Source: Candidatus Omnitrophota bacterium (GTDB taxonomy: Bacteria; Omnitrophota; Gorgyraeia; Pluralincolimonadales; Pluralincolimonadaceae). From it: 64,000 nucleotides of DNA. A program made the translations under genes and the position numbers. The notes under the pieces were generated by a model, which saw nothing but the letters and a program-made list of their open reading frames with translations, was not told where the DNA came from and searched no databases. The first letter of the stretch is position 1. Each line of letters starts with the position of its first letter. The DNA lies in NCBI GenBank assembly GCA_003141835.1, contig PLNR01000011.1:14049-78048 (forward strand). The letters run 5' to 3'. Shown here piece after piece: positions 8,373-19,072 of this stretch.

Positions 8373-11162
8373 TTAGGTAAGCACTTTGGCCAGGTAACTG
8401 CCGGTATAGGATCTCTTGTTCCTGGCGACCTCTTCCGGGCTGCCTGCGGCGATAACTTTCCCTCCCTCATCGCCGCCCTCAGGCCCGAGGTCTATTATAT
8501 GGTCCGCGGTCTTGACCACATCGAGGTTATGCTCTATGACCAGGACCGTGTTGCCCTGGTCTACGAGGGCGTGCAGCACTTTGAGGAGCTTATCGACATC
8601 CGCGAAATGCAGGCCGGTCGTCGGCTCGTCCAGGATATAGAGTGTCCTCCCGGTCGAGCGTTTCGAGAGTTCGGTAGCGAGCTTTACCCTCTGCGCCTCG
8701 CCGCCTGAGAGCGTCGTCGCGGACTGGCCGAGCTCCATGTAGCCGAGGCCTACGTCGTTCAATACCTGCAGCTTCTCCCTTATCCTCGGGATATTTGTAA
8801 ATACGGGAAGGGCGTCTTCGACCGTCATTTTAAGGACGTCGTTGATAGAATGCCCTTTATACAGCACCTCGAGCGTCTGCTGGTTGAACCTCGCGCCTTT
8901 GCACACCTCGCAGGTGACATATACATCAGGCAGGAAATGCATCTCGACTTTTATCACGCCGTCGCCCTGGCACGCCTCGCACCTGCCGCCTTTAACGTTA
9001 AAACTGAACCTGCCGGGCCTGTATCCCCTCAATTTCGCCTCCGGAAGCCGGCTGAAGAGGTCGCGGATAGGCGAGAACATACCGGTATAAGTCGCGGGGT
9101 TAGAACGCGGCGTCCTGCCGATAGGCGACTGGTCGATTACTATTACTTTATCTATATTCTCGGTCCCTGTTATCCTGTCGAAATCCCCGGGCCTCTCTTT
9201 CGCCCTGTAGAATTTCTGCGCCAGGGACCTGTAAAGTATCTCGTCTATAAGTGTGGACTTGCCTGATCCGGATACGCCGGTGATGCATACGAACACGCCG
9301 AGCGGGATAGTGACATCTATATTTTTCAGGTTATGCTCGCGCGCGCCTTTTATCTCCAGTGACCTCCCTGCTTGCGGTTCCCTCCTGTTTATTTTCGGCT
9401 CGATCCTCAATTCGTTTTTCAGGTATTTCGCGGTAAGGGAATCTTTGCATTTTAAGAATTCTTTCAACTCACCCGCGCAGACGACCTTTCCGCCGTGCTT
9501 TCCCGCGCCGGGCCCGAGGTCGACGATGTAATCCGCGCTCCTTATCGTCGCCTCATCATGTTCCACGACGATAAGTGTGTTGCCTAAGTCCCTCAGCGAC
9601 TTGAGGCTTTCGAGCAATTTTGCGTTATCGCGCTGGTGGAGCCCGATCGACGGCTCATCGAGGACATAGACGACGCCGACCAGGCCTGAGCCTATCTGCG
9701 TGGCGAGCCGTATCCGCTGGGATTCGCCGCCGGAGAGAGTGCCGCTTGCCCTGTCCAGGGTAAGGTAATCGAGCCCGACATCGGCCATGAACTTGAGCCT
9801 CGAGAGGATCTCTTTCAGCGACTGGCGCGCTATCATCGCCTCTTTATCGCTGAGATCAAGGCCCGAAAAGAACCCTCTCGCCTCTTTTACCGACAACGCA
9901 GTCACTTCGTTTATGGCTTTCTCTCCGATTTTGAAAGCCAGCGATTCGGGCCTGAGCCTCGCGCCGGCGCATTTCGGGCACGGCAGGACCGACATATATT
10001 TGTTTATCTCTTCCTTCAGGAATTCGGAGTCGGTCTCGCGGAAGAGCCTCTCGAGCTGGGGGATGACGCCCTCGAATTTCCTGCCCCATACCTCGATATC
10101 CGCGCCGTAGAGGATCATCTTCCGGATATTTTTATTCAGTTTATTGAAAGGGGTATCCAGGTCGAAATGGTAATGGTCCGCTACCTCCCTTAAAACGCCG
10201 CGGTAATATAACAGGTAACCCCGCCCACCCCGCTTCCAAGCCTCGATAGATTCCAGGACGGGCTTTGACTTATCGGGTATCACAAGGTCGGCGTCTATCT
10301 CCAGTTTCGTCCCGAGTCCGTTGCAGACCGGGCATGCGCCGTACGGCGAATTGAACGAGAACGAGCGGGGCGACGGCTCTTCATAGCTTATCCCGCAATC
10401 GACGCACGCGTAAAGCTCGCTGTAGAACCGGTCCTTCCTGCCGTCGTTTATTATTACCACTCCGCTTCCCGCCTTAAGCGCCGTCTCTATCGAATCCGCG
10501 AGCCTTCTTTTGGAATCGGACTTTATGACGAGCCTGTCGACGATGATCTCGATGGAATGCTTTTTGTCTTTCTCTAATTTTATCTCATTCTCCAGCTCAG
10601 CGACTTTTCCGTCGACCCTTACGCGGGTATAGCCTTCCTTCTTTATCTCCTTGAAAAGTTCCTTATATTCCCCTTTCCTCCCCGCGATCTTCGGCGCCAA
10701 TATACTGACCTGGGCCCCGGCCGGCATCCTGGATATCTGGTCGACTATCTCCTGCGACGACTGCCTCGTTATCTTCTTACCGCAGCTATAACAGTAGGCC
10801 GTCCCTATGCGCGCGAAGAGGACCCTTAAATAGTCGTATATCTCTGTGGTCGTGGCCACGGTTGAACGCGGGTTCGAGCCTGCGGTCTTCTGTTCTATCG
10901 ATATCGCCGGGGACATTCCCTCGATGTTATCGCAATCCGGTTTTTGCAGTTGTTCGAGGAATTGCCGGGCATAAGCCGACAGGCTGTCGATATACCTCCT
11001 CTGCCCTTCGGCATAGATGGTATCGAAAGCCAGCGAGGATTTGCCCGATCCGGACAGGCCGGTAAATACTATGAGTTTTCCCCTCGGCAATTTCAGGGAG
11101 ACATTTTTAAGGTTGTGGACCCTCGCGCCCTGTATATGTATATATCCTTTATCCATATCCAT
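8373..11162 (-). CDS. uvrA: Excinuclease ABC subunit A
   Basis: Two Walker A motifs ([18 protein letters not shown]), two LSGGE signatures, zinc fingers. Confidence 0.98.
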   Translation of the reverse strand: MDMDKGYIHIQGARVHNLKNVSLKLPRGKLIVFTGLSGSGKSSLAFDTIYAEGQRRYIDSLSAYARQFLEQLQKPDCDNIEGMSPAISIEQKTAGSNPRSTVATTTEIYDYLRVLFARIGTAYCYSCGKKITRQSSQEIVDQISRMPAGAQVSILAPKIAGRKGEYKELFKEIKKEGYTRVRVDGKVAELENEIKLEKDKKHSIEIIVDRLVIKSDSKRRLADSIETALKAGSGVVIINDGRKDRFYSELYACVDCGISYEEPSPRSFSFNSPYGACPVCNGLGTKLEIDADLVIPDKSKPVLESIEAWKRGGRGYLLYYRGVLREVADHYHFDLDTPFNKLNKNIRKMILYGADIEVWGRKFEGVIPQLERLFRETDSEFLKEEINKYMSVLPCPKCAGARLRPESLAFKIGEKAINEVTALSVKEARGFFSGLDLSDKEAMIARQSLKEILSRLKFMADVGLDYLTLDRASGTLSGGESQRIRLATQIGSGLVGVVYVLDEPSIGLHQRDNAKLLESLKSLRDLGNTLIVVEHDEATIRSADYIVDLGPGAGKHGGKVVCAGELKEFLKCKDSLTAKYLKNELRIEPKINRREPQAGRSLEIKGAREHNLKNIDVTIPLGVFVCITGVSGSGKSTLIDEILYRSLAQKFYRAKERPGDFDRITGTENIDKVIVIDQSPIGRTPRSNPATYTGMFSPIRDLFSRLPEAKLRGYRPGRFSFNVKGGRCEACQGDGVIKVEMHFLPDVYVTCEVCKGARFNQQTLEVLYKGHSINDVLKMTVEDALPVFTNIPRIREKLQVLNDVGLGYMELGQSATTLSGGEAQRVKLATELSKRSTGRTLYILDEPTTGLHFADVDKLLKVLHALVDQGNTVLVIEHNLDVVKTADHIIDLGPEGGDEGGKVIAAGSPEEVARNKRSYTGSYLAKVLT

Positions 11163-11174
11163 CCTAAGTAGACA

Positions 11175-11217
11175 GGCGGAGTGCCATTTTTCATGATAGA
11201 AAAAATGGGACTCCGCC
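11175..11217. terminator. Intergenic stem-loop between the small basic protein gene and uvrA
   Basis: GGCGGAGTGCCATTTTTC / GAAAAAATGGGACTCCGCC inverted repeat; no clean U-tract on the minus strand, so terminator function is uncertain. Confidence 0.5.
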
Positions 11218-11250
11218 GCCTAAAACAGACTATCCTTTAATTAAAGAAGC

Positions 11251-11478
11251 TTACTTACCGCCTCTCTTCATCTTCGCCTTAGATACATCACCCTGTTTGT
11301 CGATGAAGTAGAGATAACCCTTCTCTCTCTTGATTTTCAGCTTGACGACCTTCTTGGGCGCGCCGCCTTTCTTGCCGCCTCTAGCCATCTTCGCCATCGA
11401 GACATCACCCTGTTTGTCCAGGTAGTAGAGGTAACCCTTCTGTCTCTTTATGCCAGCTTTAGTTACTTTCTGAGCCAT
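11251..11478 (-). CDS. Small, highly basic protein made of two tandem ~33-aa repeats (putative nucleic-acid-binding protein)
   Basis: GGAGGTGA SD before ATG 11478; KVTKAGIKRQKGYLYYLDKQGDVSMAKMARGGK and KVVKLKIKREKGYLYFIDKQGDVSKAKMKRGGK. Confidence 0.85.
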   Translation of the reverse strand: MAQKVTKAGIKRQKGYLYYLDKQGDVSMAKMARGGKKGGAPKKVVKLKIKREKGYLYFIDKQGDVSKAKMKRGGK

Positions 11479-11502
11479 GTGCTCACCTCCCTTCTTTAAT
11501 GA

Positions 11503-11543
11503 GGCCATGGTTTATGCCGTATATGAGCATAAACCATATGGCC
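11503..11543. promoter_or_regulatory. Inverted repeat between the nadX stop and the basic protein gene
   Basis: GGCCATGGTTTATGC-9 nt-GCATAAACCATATGGCC (2-nt bulge). Confidence 0.5.
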
Positions 11544-11556
11544 GAATTTATTCCAT

Positions 11557-12366
11557 TTATGTCCCTATCTTGACCTTCCCCAGGATCCCGTCCAGCGTGG
11601 CCATTGCGGAAAGCACCGCCATATAGCTCGTCTTCGGGTTGCCCGGCGAAGGGACGTTCTCTGTCCTTGCGGTAAGCCTTCCGAACGCGCCTTCAGCCTC
11701 TATCTCGTGGATATTCCTTTTTATCGACGGGGAAGCGATGATCTTTACCCTCGTCTTCTCCGGGCCTATGCCGCACAGGCTTAATGTAGCCGCGACGTTT
11801 ATGTTCGCGGGAAAACCTTCCATCGCCTTGAACGCGTTTCCTTCAAAAAGGACCTTATCCGACCTTATCTTTCCCAGGTCGATATTATGTTTAACCACAT
11901 ACGGCGCGCCCCTGAAACCTTCGGGCGGCTTCCTCGTAGTCAGCGTGACTTTTTTTATCCCGGATAACTTCGCGCCCTTAAGGCCGTCGAGCCCGGATAT
12001 CGCGCCGCTCGGCAGGTATACATGAGACCTCTTTTTTTCCGCGAGCCCAAAGAGCGCCTTATAACTTTTAAGCAGGCCTCCGGTGCTCATTACCATGACA
12101 TCCTTGCCCGCTTTCACCGCCCGCTTCGCTATATCTCCGGAGACTTTGGCGGACGCCGCTTCGACGACGAGGTCGACCGAACTTATCAGCGCCGGTATCG
12201 AGGCGATCCTCGGCCTGGACTTCAATGCCGCGGAAAGGCCTTTTGCTTTATTATCATCCACATCAGAAAGAACGGTGACCTTTGCCCTGCCTTTTAATTT
12301 CCTGTCTATATGCGCGGCTATCCTTGAACCGATCGTGCCGCAGCCTATTATGCCTACCTTAAGCAT
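11557..12366 (-). CDS. nadX: L-aspartate dehydrogenase
   Basis: MLKVGIIGCGTIG, VVEAAS, PSGAISGLD, TTRKPP, FPANINVA, NPKTS; next to nadA. Confidence 0.93.
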   Translation of the reverse strand: MLKVGIIGCGTIGSRIAAHIDRKLKGRAKVTVLSDVDDNKAKGLSAALKSRPRIASIPALISSVDLVVEAASAKVSGDIAKRAVKAGKDVMVMSTGGLLKSYKALFGLAEKKRSHVYLPSGAISGLDGLKGAKLSGIKKVTLTTRKPPEGFRGAPYVVKHNIDLGKIRSDKVLFEGNAFKAMEGFPANINVAATLSLCGIGPEKTRVKIIASPSIKRNIHEIEAEGAFGRLTARTENVPSPGNPKTSYMAVLSAMATLDGILGKVKIGT

Positions 12367-12373
12367 TCCCGGC

Positions 12374-13351
12374 TCAATATCCCGCAGCCGCGGATAACGG
12401 CTTCTCGCCGGATACTTCGAGCATCCTGTCAAGCGACTGCTTCGCTTTCCCCTTGACCTCCTCGGGCACCTCGACCTTATAGACCATATTCTCCAGCGAA
12501 TGCGCCAGCCACCCGAGCGTGGTAAGTTTCATGCTCGGGCATATGAGATGCGAGGTTGCGAGGAAGAACTCCTTGCCCGGGTTCTCTTTCTTCAACCGGT
12601 AGAGCATGCCCGACTCGGTGCCTATGATAAACCTCTTTGATTTGGACCCTTTTATGTATTTGAACATCCCGCCGGTCGAGCATATGTGGTCGGCAAGGGC
12701 GAGGACATCGGGTTCGCATTCAGGGTGGGCTATGAATTCCGCGTCCGGATAACTCTTCCTAACTTCCAATATGTCTTCCTCCTGGACCCTTATATGCGTA
12801 GGGCAGAAACCCTTCCAGAGTATTATCTCCTTGTCCGGGACCTGGCTTTGCACATATTGGCCCAGGTTCCTGTCAGGGATGAATATGACACGTTTATACT
12901 CTTTGAGGGACTTGACTATTTCTACGGCGTTTGAGGAAGTACAGCAGATATCGCTCTCGGCTTTTACGCGCGCCGAGGAATTTACGTAGCAGACGACGGC
13001 CGCGTCCGGATATTGCGCCTTCAGCGCCCGGACCTTCTCCGCCGTTATCATGTCGGCCATCGGGCATCCCGCTTCGATCACCGGCAGTAATACTGTTTTA
13101 TCGGGGTTTAATATAGCCGCGGTCTCGGCCATGAACGTGACGCCGCAAAATACTATGACCTTGGCGTCTGTCCTTACCGCGGCCTGGCTGAGCGCCAGGG
13201 AATCGCCGGTGATATCGGCCAGCTCCTGGACCTCGTCGCGCTGGTAATTGTGCGCGATTATCACGGCGTTGCGCATCTTCTTCAACTGGAGGATCTTATC
13301 CTTGAGCTGCTCGTTGTACGTAGCTTCTTGGTTAGAGAGGTTTTCGGTCAC
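12374..13351 (-). CDS. nadA: Quinolinate synthase
   Basis: [53 protein letters not shown]. Confidence 0.97.
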   Translation of the reverse strand: MTENLSNQEATYNEQLKDKILQLKKMRNAVIIAHNYQRDEVQELADITGDSLALSQAAVRTDAKVIVFCGVTFMAETAAILNPDKTVLLPVIEAGCPMADMITAEKVRALKAQYPDAAVVCYVNSSARVKAESDICCTSSNAVEIVKSLKEYKRVIFIPDRNLGQYVQSQVPDKEIILWKGFCPTHIRVQEEDILEVRKSYPDAEFIAHPECEPDVLALADHICSTGGMFKYIKGSKSKRFIIGTESGMLYRLKKENPGKEFFLATSHLICPSMKLTTLGWLAHSLENMVYKVEVPEEVKGKAKQSLDRMLEVSGEKPLSAAAGY

Positions 13352-13352
13352 T

Positions 13353-13706
13353 TTAGGCTTTCTTTATCCTGTTCTTGTCATCGACAAACACTAACCTGGG
13401 TTTGATCTTACAGGCTTCCTGCTCATCCGCCTGGCAATAAGATATTATTATTACAATGTCTCCCTTGTGGGCCCAGCGCGCCGCCGCGCCGTTCATGCAG
13501 ATCGTGCCGCTTCCCGCTTTTCCGGCCAGCGTGTAAGTCTCGACGCGGGAGCCGTTATTCAGGTTGACGATCTGGACGCGCTCGCCGGGAAGCATATCCG
13601 CGGCCTTAAGCAGTTTTCCGTCTATCGTGATCGAACCGGTGTATTTGAGGTTCGCCTCTGTCACCGTCGCCCCGTGTATCTTTGACTTCAACATCGTCCT
13701 TAACAT
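13353..13706 (-). CDS. panD: Aspartate 1-decarboxylase
   Basis: [13 protein letters not shown] cleavage site, NGAAAR. Confidence 0.97.
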   Translation of the reverse strand: MLRTMLKSKIHGATVTEANLKYTGSITIDGKLLKAADMLPGERVQIVNLNNGSRVETYTLAGKAGSGTICMNGAAARWAHKGDIVIIISYCQADEQEACKIKPRLVFVDDKNRIKKA

Positions 13707-14549
13707 TTATGGTTTAACCTCTATATTATCAATCAACCGTGTACCGCCTATCCAGGCCGCCGTTGCGACCAGGACTTCGCCTTTTATCTTTTTTACGTCT
13801 TTCAGGTCATCCGGGTCTACTATCGAAATGTAATCGATCTTGTCCGCGGCAACCGAAAGCATCTTCCTCATCTCGGACTTTATCTTCGAGGTATCCCTAT
13901 TGCCTGATTTTATCAAATCCCTTGCCAGATGTAAAGCTCGATATACCGTCGGGGCGGCCCTCCTATCGTCGGGAGAAAGGTAGGCATTGCGCGATGACAT
14001 CGCCAATCCGTCCTTTTCCCTGACCGTGGGCATGGCTATTATCCTTATCCCCATATCCAGGTCTTCGGACATGCGCCTTATCACTGCCGCCTGCTGCGCG
14101 TCCTTCCGGCCGAAGTAGGCCGAGTCCGGCCTGACGATATTAAAGAGCTTTGCTACTACCGTCGTCACGCCGCGGAAATGTCCCGGCCTGAACTTCCCGC
14201 AAAGATTCTCGGTAAGCCCTTCTACATTTACATAAGTGGCATAACCCTGCGGGTACATCGCCTTGACCGCCGGGTAAAAGATATAATCGGCGCCTTCTTT
14301 TTTACAGAGGGCCGCGTCTTTGCGCAGGTCCCGGGGATATTCCTTATAATCCTCGTTCAAACCGAACTGCGCCGGGTTCACGAAGATGCTCACGACAACG
14401 GTCTTATTTTCTTTTCGCGCGCGCCTTATAAGCGAAAGGTGCCCCTCGTGTAAAAAACCCATCGTCGGGACGAGCCCGACGGGCCGGACGTTCTTCCTCC
14501 GGCGTCCAAGTTCCTTTTGCAGCTTATTTATCGACTGGATAATTTTCAT
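13707..14549 (-). CDS. panC: Pantoate-beta-alanine ligase
   Basis: VPTMGFLHEGH, SIFVNP.QF, RPGHF.GV, FGRKDAQQ, GLAMSSRN, RLIDN. Confidence 0.97.
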   Translation of the reverse strand: MKIIQSINKLQKELGRRRKNVRPVGLVPTMGFLHEGHLSLIRRARKENKTVVVSIFVNPAQFGLNEDYKEYPRDLRKDAALCKKEGADYIFYPAVKAMYPQGYATYVNVEGLTENLCGKFRPGHFRGVTTVVAKLFNIVRPDSAYFGRKDAQQAAVIRRMSEDLDMGIRIIAMPTVREKDGLAMSSRNAYLSPDDRRAAPTVYRALHLARDLIKSGNRDTSKIKSEMRKMLSVAADKIDYISIVDPDDLKDVKKIKGEVLVATAAWIGGTRLIDNIEVKP

Positions 14550-14988
14550 GTTCACTTTGGCTGAACTTCGAGGCCGCGTCAGGAGCTATCTCCGCAAGCG
14601 GCCCTAGCATAAAACGCCTCAAATGAAGCTGAGGGTGGGGTATCACAAGGTCCGGCTCATCCATCACTATATCGCCGTACAGGAGTATATCGAGGTCTAT
14701 CTCCCTGGGGCCCCATTTTACTTTTGACGGCGTCCTGCCGACCTTTTTTTCCGTCAGCTTAAGCAGGGCGAGCAACTCATGAGGTGTAAGTTGCGTCAGT
14801 ATCTCGGCAGCCCCGTCAAGGAACTTGCCCTGCGGCGGGCCTCCCACAGGGTCGGTCTCATATAACTTCGAGACCTTTACCACCTCGACCATGCGCGAAT
14901 CCTTGAGCTCTCCTATCGCTTTTTCGATGTTTCCGCGCCTGTCGCCCAAGTTAGAGCCAAGCGCGATGAACGCCCTTACTTTAGGAAT
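14524..14988 (-). CDS. folK: 6-hydroxymethyl-7,8-dihydropterin pyrophosphokinase (probable non-canonical ATT start)
   Basis: AFIALGSNLGD, YET.PVG, WGPREIDLDILLYG, IPHP..HLRRF. The conserved N-terminal strand lies upstream of the first TTG. Confidence 0.9.
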   Translation of the reverse strand: MPKVRAFIALGSNLGDRRGNIEKAIGELKDSRMVEVVKVSKLYETDPVGGPPQGKFLDGAAEILTQLTPHELLALLKLTEKKVGRTPSKVKWGPREIDLDILLYGDIVMDEPDLVIPHPQLHLRRFMLGPLAEIAPDAASKFSQSEHENYPVDK

Positions 14989-16145
14989 TTCTTTATCCTC
15001 TGGACCGCAACCTTTATCCTGTCTTTGGGTACGGTCAGGGCCATGCGTATATAACCTTCACCGTTCCTGCCGAACCCGTTACCCGGCGTGACGATGATAT
15101 CGGCTTTTTCAAGCAAGGCCTTCGCCAGCGAGGCCGAGCTATAACCCGGAAAGGCTTTAGCCCAGACATAGAAAGTCGCCTTCGGCTTCGAGACCTTCCA
15201 ACCGAGCGAATTCAGTCCGTTTACCAGCGAGTCGCGCCGCTCTTTGTATATTTTATTGGCCCTCGCTACCGGTTCCTGAGGGCCTTCGAGCGCGGCGATG
15301 CCGGCCAACTGTACCGCCTGGAATATCCCGGAATCGATGTTAGCTTTTACCTTCGCGAGCCCCTGGATAGCTTTCTTGTTACCGCAGGCCCATCCTATCC
15401 TCCAGCCGGTCATATTATATGTCTTCGAGAGCGAATGGAATTCGATCGCCCTGTCCCTGGCGCCGACCACCTGCAGGATGCTCATCGGGCGGTATTTATC
15501 ATAGCAGACCTCGGAATATGCCGCGTCTGAACAGATGAGGATATTGTTCCTGTGCGCGAAATCGAGGGCTTTCTTGTAGAATTCTTCGTCCGCGACCGCG
15601 CCGGTCGGGTTATTAGGATAATTGACGAACATCATCTTAGCCTTATTCGATACGGACGGGTCTATCCTGTCCAGGTCAGGCAGGAAATCGTTCTCCGCCA
15701 GCAAAGGCATAAGGTAAGGCATGCCGCCGGCGAATATCGTCCCGTTCTTGTAAGGCGGGTAACACGGGTCGGGCACAAGCACGTAATCGCCCGGATTTAT
15801 AAAAGCGAGAGGAATGTGCGCTATCCCCTCTTTCGAGCCGATGAGAGGCAGCACCTCGGTATCGGGGTCGAGTTCGACCTTGAACCTCTTCTTATACCAT
15901 TTCGCTATCGCATGCCTGAGCTGCGGCATCCCTGAATCCAGCGCGTAATGGTGGTTATCCGGCTCAAGCGAAGCCTTGTGAAGGGCCTTTATTATATGGC
16001 CGGGCGTCGGCAGGTCTGGGTCGCCGATGCCGAGATCGATTATATCCCTGCCCTTGGCTTTCGCCTGCCTCTTTGCCTTGTCTATTTCCGCGAAAAGATA
16101 CGGAGGAAGTTTTGCCAACCTCTCGGAAAATTCAAAATCGCTCAT
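14976..16145 (-). CDS. dapL: LL-diaminopimelate aminotransferase
   Basis: LPPYLFAEID, LGIGDPDLPTP, LIGSKEGI, NYPNNPTGA, SLSKTYNMTGWRIG; located in the dap cluster. Confidence 0.9.
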   Translation of the reverse strand: MSDFEFSERLAKLPPYLFAEIDKAKRQAKAKGRDIIDLGIGDPDLPTPGHIIKALHKASLEPDNHHYALDSGMPQLRHAIAKWYKKRFKVELDPDTEVLPLIGSKEGIAHIPLAFINPGDYVLVPDPCYPPYKNGTIFAGGMPYLMPLLAENDFLPDLDRIDPSVSNKAKMMFVNYPNNPTGAVADEEFYKKALDFAHRNNILICSDAAYSEVCYDKYRPMSILQVVGARDRAIEFHSLSKTYNMTGWRIGWACGNKKAIQGLAKVKANIDSGIFQAVQLAGIAALEGPQEPVARANKIYKERRDSLVNGLNSLGWKVSKPKATFYVWAKAFPGYSSASLAKALLEKADIIVTPGNGFGRNGEGYIRMALTVPKDRIKVAVQRIKKFLK

Positions 16146-16873
16146 TTGATGTCTCCTAATACGTCCTGCATGTCGTATAATCCCGGCTTTTTGCCGGCGA
16201 TGAATTTCGCTGCGGCTAAAGCGCCCTTAGCGAGTATATCGCGCGTCTTCGCGCTGTGCGAAAGCTCGATCGTGTCATAAGGGCTTTCGAATGTCACCTT
16301 GTGGTCGCCCACTATCTCGCCCTCGCGTATGGACTTTATGTCCGAGACCTCGCGGTTTGAGGCCTCCTTGACTATCTGGGCGAGCTTCTTCGCCGTCCCT
16401 GACGGCGCGTCCTTCTTGTGTATGTGGTGCGCCTCGACTATCGTCACGCCGTAATCCTTCGATAATTTTCCGGCGGCCTCTTTTACCAGGCGGAAAAGCA
16501 GGTTTACGCCCATAGACATATTCGGCGAGAAGACGATGGGTATCTTCTTGGCTGCTTCCCTGATCTTTTTTACCTGCTCTTCGGTTAATCCCGTAGTGCC
16601 GATGACCATGGCTTTCTTATATTTTACGGCGGCGGCAAGATGCTCCATCGTCGCTTCGGGAACGGTAAAATCCATCAGGACGTCGGCGGCCTTTACGTCA
16701 TCGAGCCGGTCCGAGACTTCGCCGTAGGCGAACTTCGAGCCGACAGACGGGTTGCCTTTCGCCTCTAGTCCGAGGATGACCCTAATCCCGGTCTCCTTGG
16801 GGGCCAGCCCGGCGATCCTTGCGCCCATCTTCCCGGCGTAACCGCAAACAGCGACTTTTATCAATTCAGTCAT
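16142..16873 (-). CDS. dapB: 4-hydroxy-tetrahydrodipicolinate reductase
   Basis: GKMG, DFT, GTTG, SPNMS.GVN, EAHH.HKKDAPSGTA. Confidence 0.97.
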   Translation of the reverse strand: MTELIKVAVCGYAGKMGARIAGLAPKETGIRVILGLEAKGNPSVGSKFAYGEVSDRLDDVKAADVLMDFTVPEATMEHLAAAVKYKKAMVIGTTGLTEEQVKKIREAAKKIPIVFSPNMSMGVNLLFRLVKEAAGKLSKDYGVTIVEAHHIHKKDAPSGTAKKLAQIVKEASNREVSDIKSIREGEIVGDHKVTFESPYDTIELSHSAKTRDILAKGALAAAKFIAGKKPGLYDMQDVLGDIK

Positions 16874-16877
16874 TATT

Positions 16878-17747
16878 TTACAAGCCGTATTTTTTCAGAG
16901 CCTCGGCGAGTTTCGCGAGGTTCTCTTCCGACATGTGGCAAAGCGGCAGGCGAAGTTCAGGCTCTATCATCCCCATGAGCTCCATCGCCGTCTTTACCGG
17001 TATCGGGTTCGTCTCTATGAACATAGCTTTCACAAGCGGCAGCAACTTATAATGGAGCTCCTGCGCTCTCTTCATATCACCCTTCTTGAACGCGGCGACC
17101 AGGTCAGCTACATCGCGCGGGACTATGTTCGCGACCACAGATATGACGCCGACGCCTCCTATCGCGAGGATAGGCAGAGTGAGCGCGTCATCGCCCGAGA
17201 TTATCGCGAAGTTCGGCCCGCAGAGATAACGGATCTTCGATATCTGCTCGAGGTTACCGCTCGATTCCTTCACGCCGACTATATTCTTTATTTGGGCAAG
17301 TTTCTGGAACGTCTCCGGCTCTATATTTACCGCGGTGCGCGACTGGATATTGTAAGGGATTATCGGTATCTTGACCGAATCCGCGACCGCCTTGTAATGC
17401 ATATAAAGGCCTCTCTGCGTCGGCTTATTGTAATAAGGCGACAACAGCAGGGCCGCATCCGCTCCGGCCTTTTCGGCGCACTTCGTCAACTCGATCGCCT
17501 CAGCCGTGCTATTCGATCCTGTTCCGGCGATTATGGTGATCCTCTTATTGGCTGCGGCGATCACCACTTCTATCACGCGGTTGTGCTCCTCGTGCGTCAA
17601 CGTCGCCGACTCGCCTGTCGTCCCGCACGGCACTATACCCGAGGTCCCATTCTTTATGTGGAACTCGACCAGCTCCTTTAATTTCGCCTCATCGACTTTC
17701 CCGTTCTTGAACGGCGTCACAAGCGCGACTATCGAGCCTTCGAACAT
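16878..17747 (-). CDS. dapA: 4-hydroxy-tetrahydrodipicolinate synthase
   Basis: GTTGE, GTGSNST, PYYNKP, YNI, GVKE, SGDD, ETNPIPVK. Confidence 0.98.
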   Translation of the reverse strand: MFEGSIVALVTPFKNGKVDEAKLKELVEFHIKNGTSGIVPCGTTGESATLTHEEHNRVIEVVIAAANKRITIIAGTGSNSTAEAIELTKCAEKAGADAALLLSPYYNKPTQRGLYMHYKAVADSVKIPIIPYNIQSRTAVNIEPETFQKLAQIKNIVGVKESSGNLEQISKIRYLCGPNFAIISGDDALTLPILAIGGVGVISVVANIVPRDVADLVAAFKKGDMKRAQELHYKLLPLVKAMFIETNPIPVKTAMELMGMIEPELRLPLCHMSEENLAKLAEALKKYGL

Positions 17748-17765
17748 TCGGTTTGTCCTCCCTAT

Positions 17766-19058
17766 TTATTTGCTACTTTGAAATTTGCCTTTATTCTCTT
17801 CCCACCATTTTTCCCAAGCTGCAGGATTTCCTTCTATATTAAACTCTTTCGTCAAATATTTCAGCGCACTTAATGCTGAATCTCGCATTTCACTATTTTT
17901 GTCGGAAAGCGCCTTAATAAGATACGGGACAGCGCGAGAATCATTTAAACTAACCATGGCTGAAGCACAATTCGCCCTTACCAGCATATCCGGATCGTTA
18001 TTAAAAGCGTATACTAGCTGCTCTAGTGCGCGCGGGTCTTTCGATGAACCTAAATTCGATGCCGCTCCGCCTCTAATCCTGTTATCTTCGTCATCTTTTA
18101 ATGTTAAAATAAGAGAATCTATAACTTTTGGATCTTTAAAATTCCTCAACGCAATTATTGCACCTTCTCTTACTCTCCAATCTTTATCACTTCTTAGAGA
18201 ATAGAGTAAGGGGTCTATCATAATTGGATCTTTAAAATTTCTTAACGTATTCACCGCTTGCTCGCGCACCTGATCATTTTGGTCCTTAAGCGCTGAAACA
18301 AAAGCTTCTACGGAAACCGGGTACTTTTTAAAAACGGCCAAGGAGGTGAGCGATTCCAGGCAAATATCGCGAACTCTTGCATTTGGGTCGGTCTTAGAAA
18401 GCGCTATCAAGGGTTCAATACCGCGCTTATCACTAATCTGCCCTAAAGCTCCTGCGGCAGACATTCGCACATGTTCATCACTATCCTTTAGCGCTTCTAA
18501 AAGCGGCTCGACCGTAGAAGGGTCGTCAAACTGAGCTAAAAGATTAGCGGCTTCTCTTCTTACATTTCCATCTTTATCATTTTGCAATATAAATATTATA
18601 GGTTGTACTGCGCGCTTATCCCTTAGCAGTGCTAAAGAGACCATTGCCCCTATTCTCACGTTTGCATAATCATCTTTCAACGTCAAGATAAGAGGCTCAA
18701 CAGCTTTCGGATCGTTGAAAAAACCTAGCGCCGATGCCGCAGCTTCCCTGACAAATTCATCATTATCCTTTAACGCAGCAATAAGGGCATCAACAGCTTT
18801 CGGATCATGAAGTAACACTAAAGAAGTTGGAATTTTAGATCTAACCTCGGCATCCGGATCTGTTTTTAAAATATGTATTAAGGGTACCACAGCCCTAATA
18901 TCGGCAGACTCAACTAAGGACTCGATAGCCTCAATACGAACTTCAGCATCAGTGGATTTTAATTTTTTCATTGCTCCCTGGAAATCACTCCCAGCAAAAC
19001 ATATGGAATTGATTGCCAGCATAATAAATATTAAAATTATAAACTTTTTTACTAACAT
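17766..19058 (-). CDS. Secreted HEAT/PBS-lyase repeat protein (AT-rich insertion in the dap cluster)
   Basis: Signal peptide MLVKKFIILIFIMLAINSICFA; about a dozen L.D.D..VR..AA..LG...D..A..PL repeats; W..WW tail. Confidence 0.85.
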   Translation of the reverse strand: MLVKKFIILIFIMLAINSICFAGSDFQGAMKKLKSTDAEVRIEAIESLVESADIRAVVPLIHILKTDPDAEVRSKIPTSLVLLHDPKAVDALIAALKDNDEFVREAAASALGFFNDPKAVEPLILTLKDDYANVRIGAMVSLALLRDKRAVQPIIFILQNDKDGNVRREAANLLAQFDDPSTVEPLLEALKDSDEHVRMSAAGALGQISDKRGIEPLIALSKTDPNARVRDICLESLTSLAVFKKYPVSVEAFVSALKDQNDQVREQAVNTLRNFKDPIMIDPLLYSLRSDKDWRVREGAIIALRNFKDPKVIDSLILTLKDDEDNRIRGGAASNLGSSKDPRALEQLVYAFNNDPDMLVRANCASAMVSLNDSRAVPYLIKALSDKNSEMRDSALSALKYLTKEFNIEGNPAAWEKWWEENKGKFQSSK

Positions 19059-19072
19059 TAGGAATATCTTCC

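Noticed and set aside
11163-11250. LexA/SOS box upstream of uvrA
   Set aside because: No CTGT-N8-ACAG or GAAC-N4-GTTC match seen; only a hairpin. A lineage-specific motif cannot be excluded.
17766-19058. HEAT gene or SecY paralogue as a mobile element
   Set aside because: No transposase, terminal inverted repeats, exact target-site duplication or attC-like site seen; only a compositional difference.
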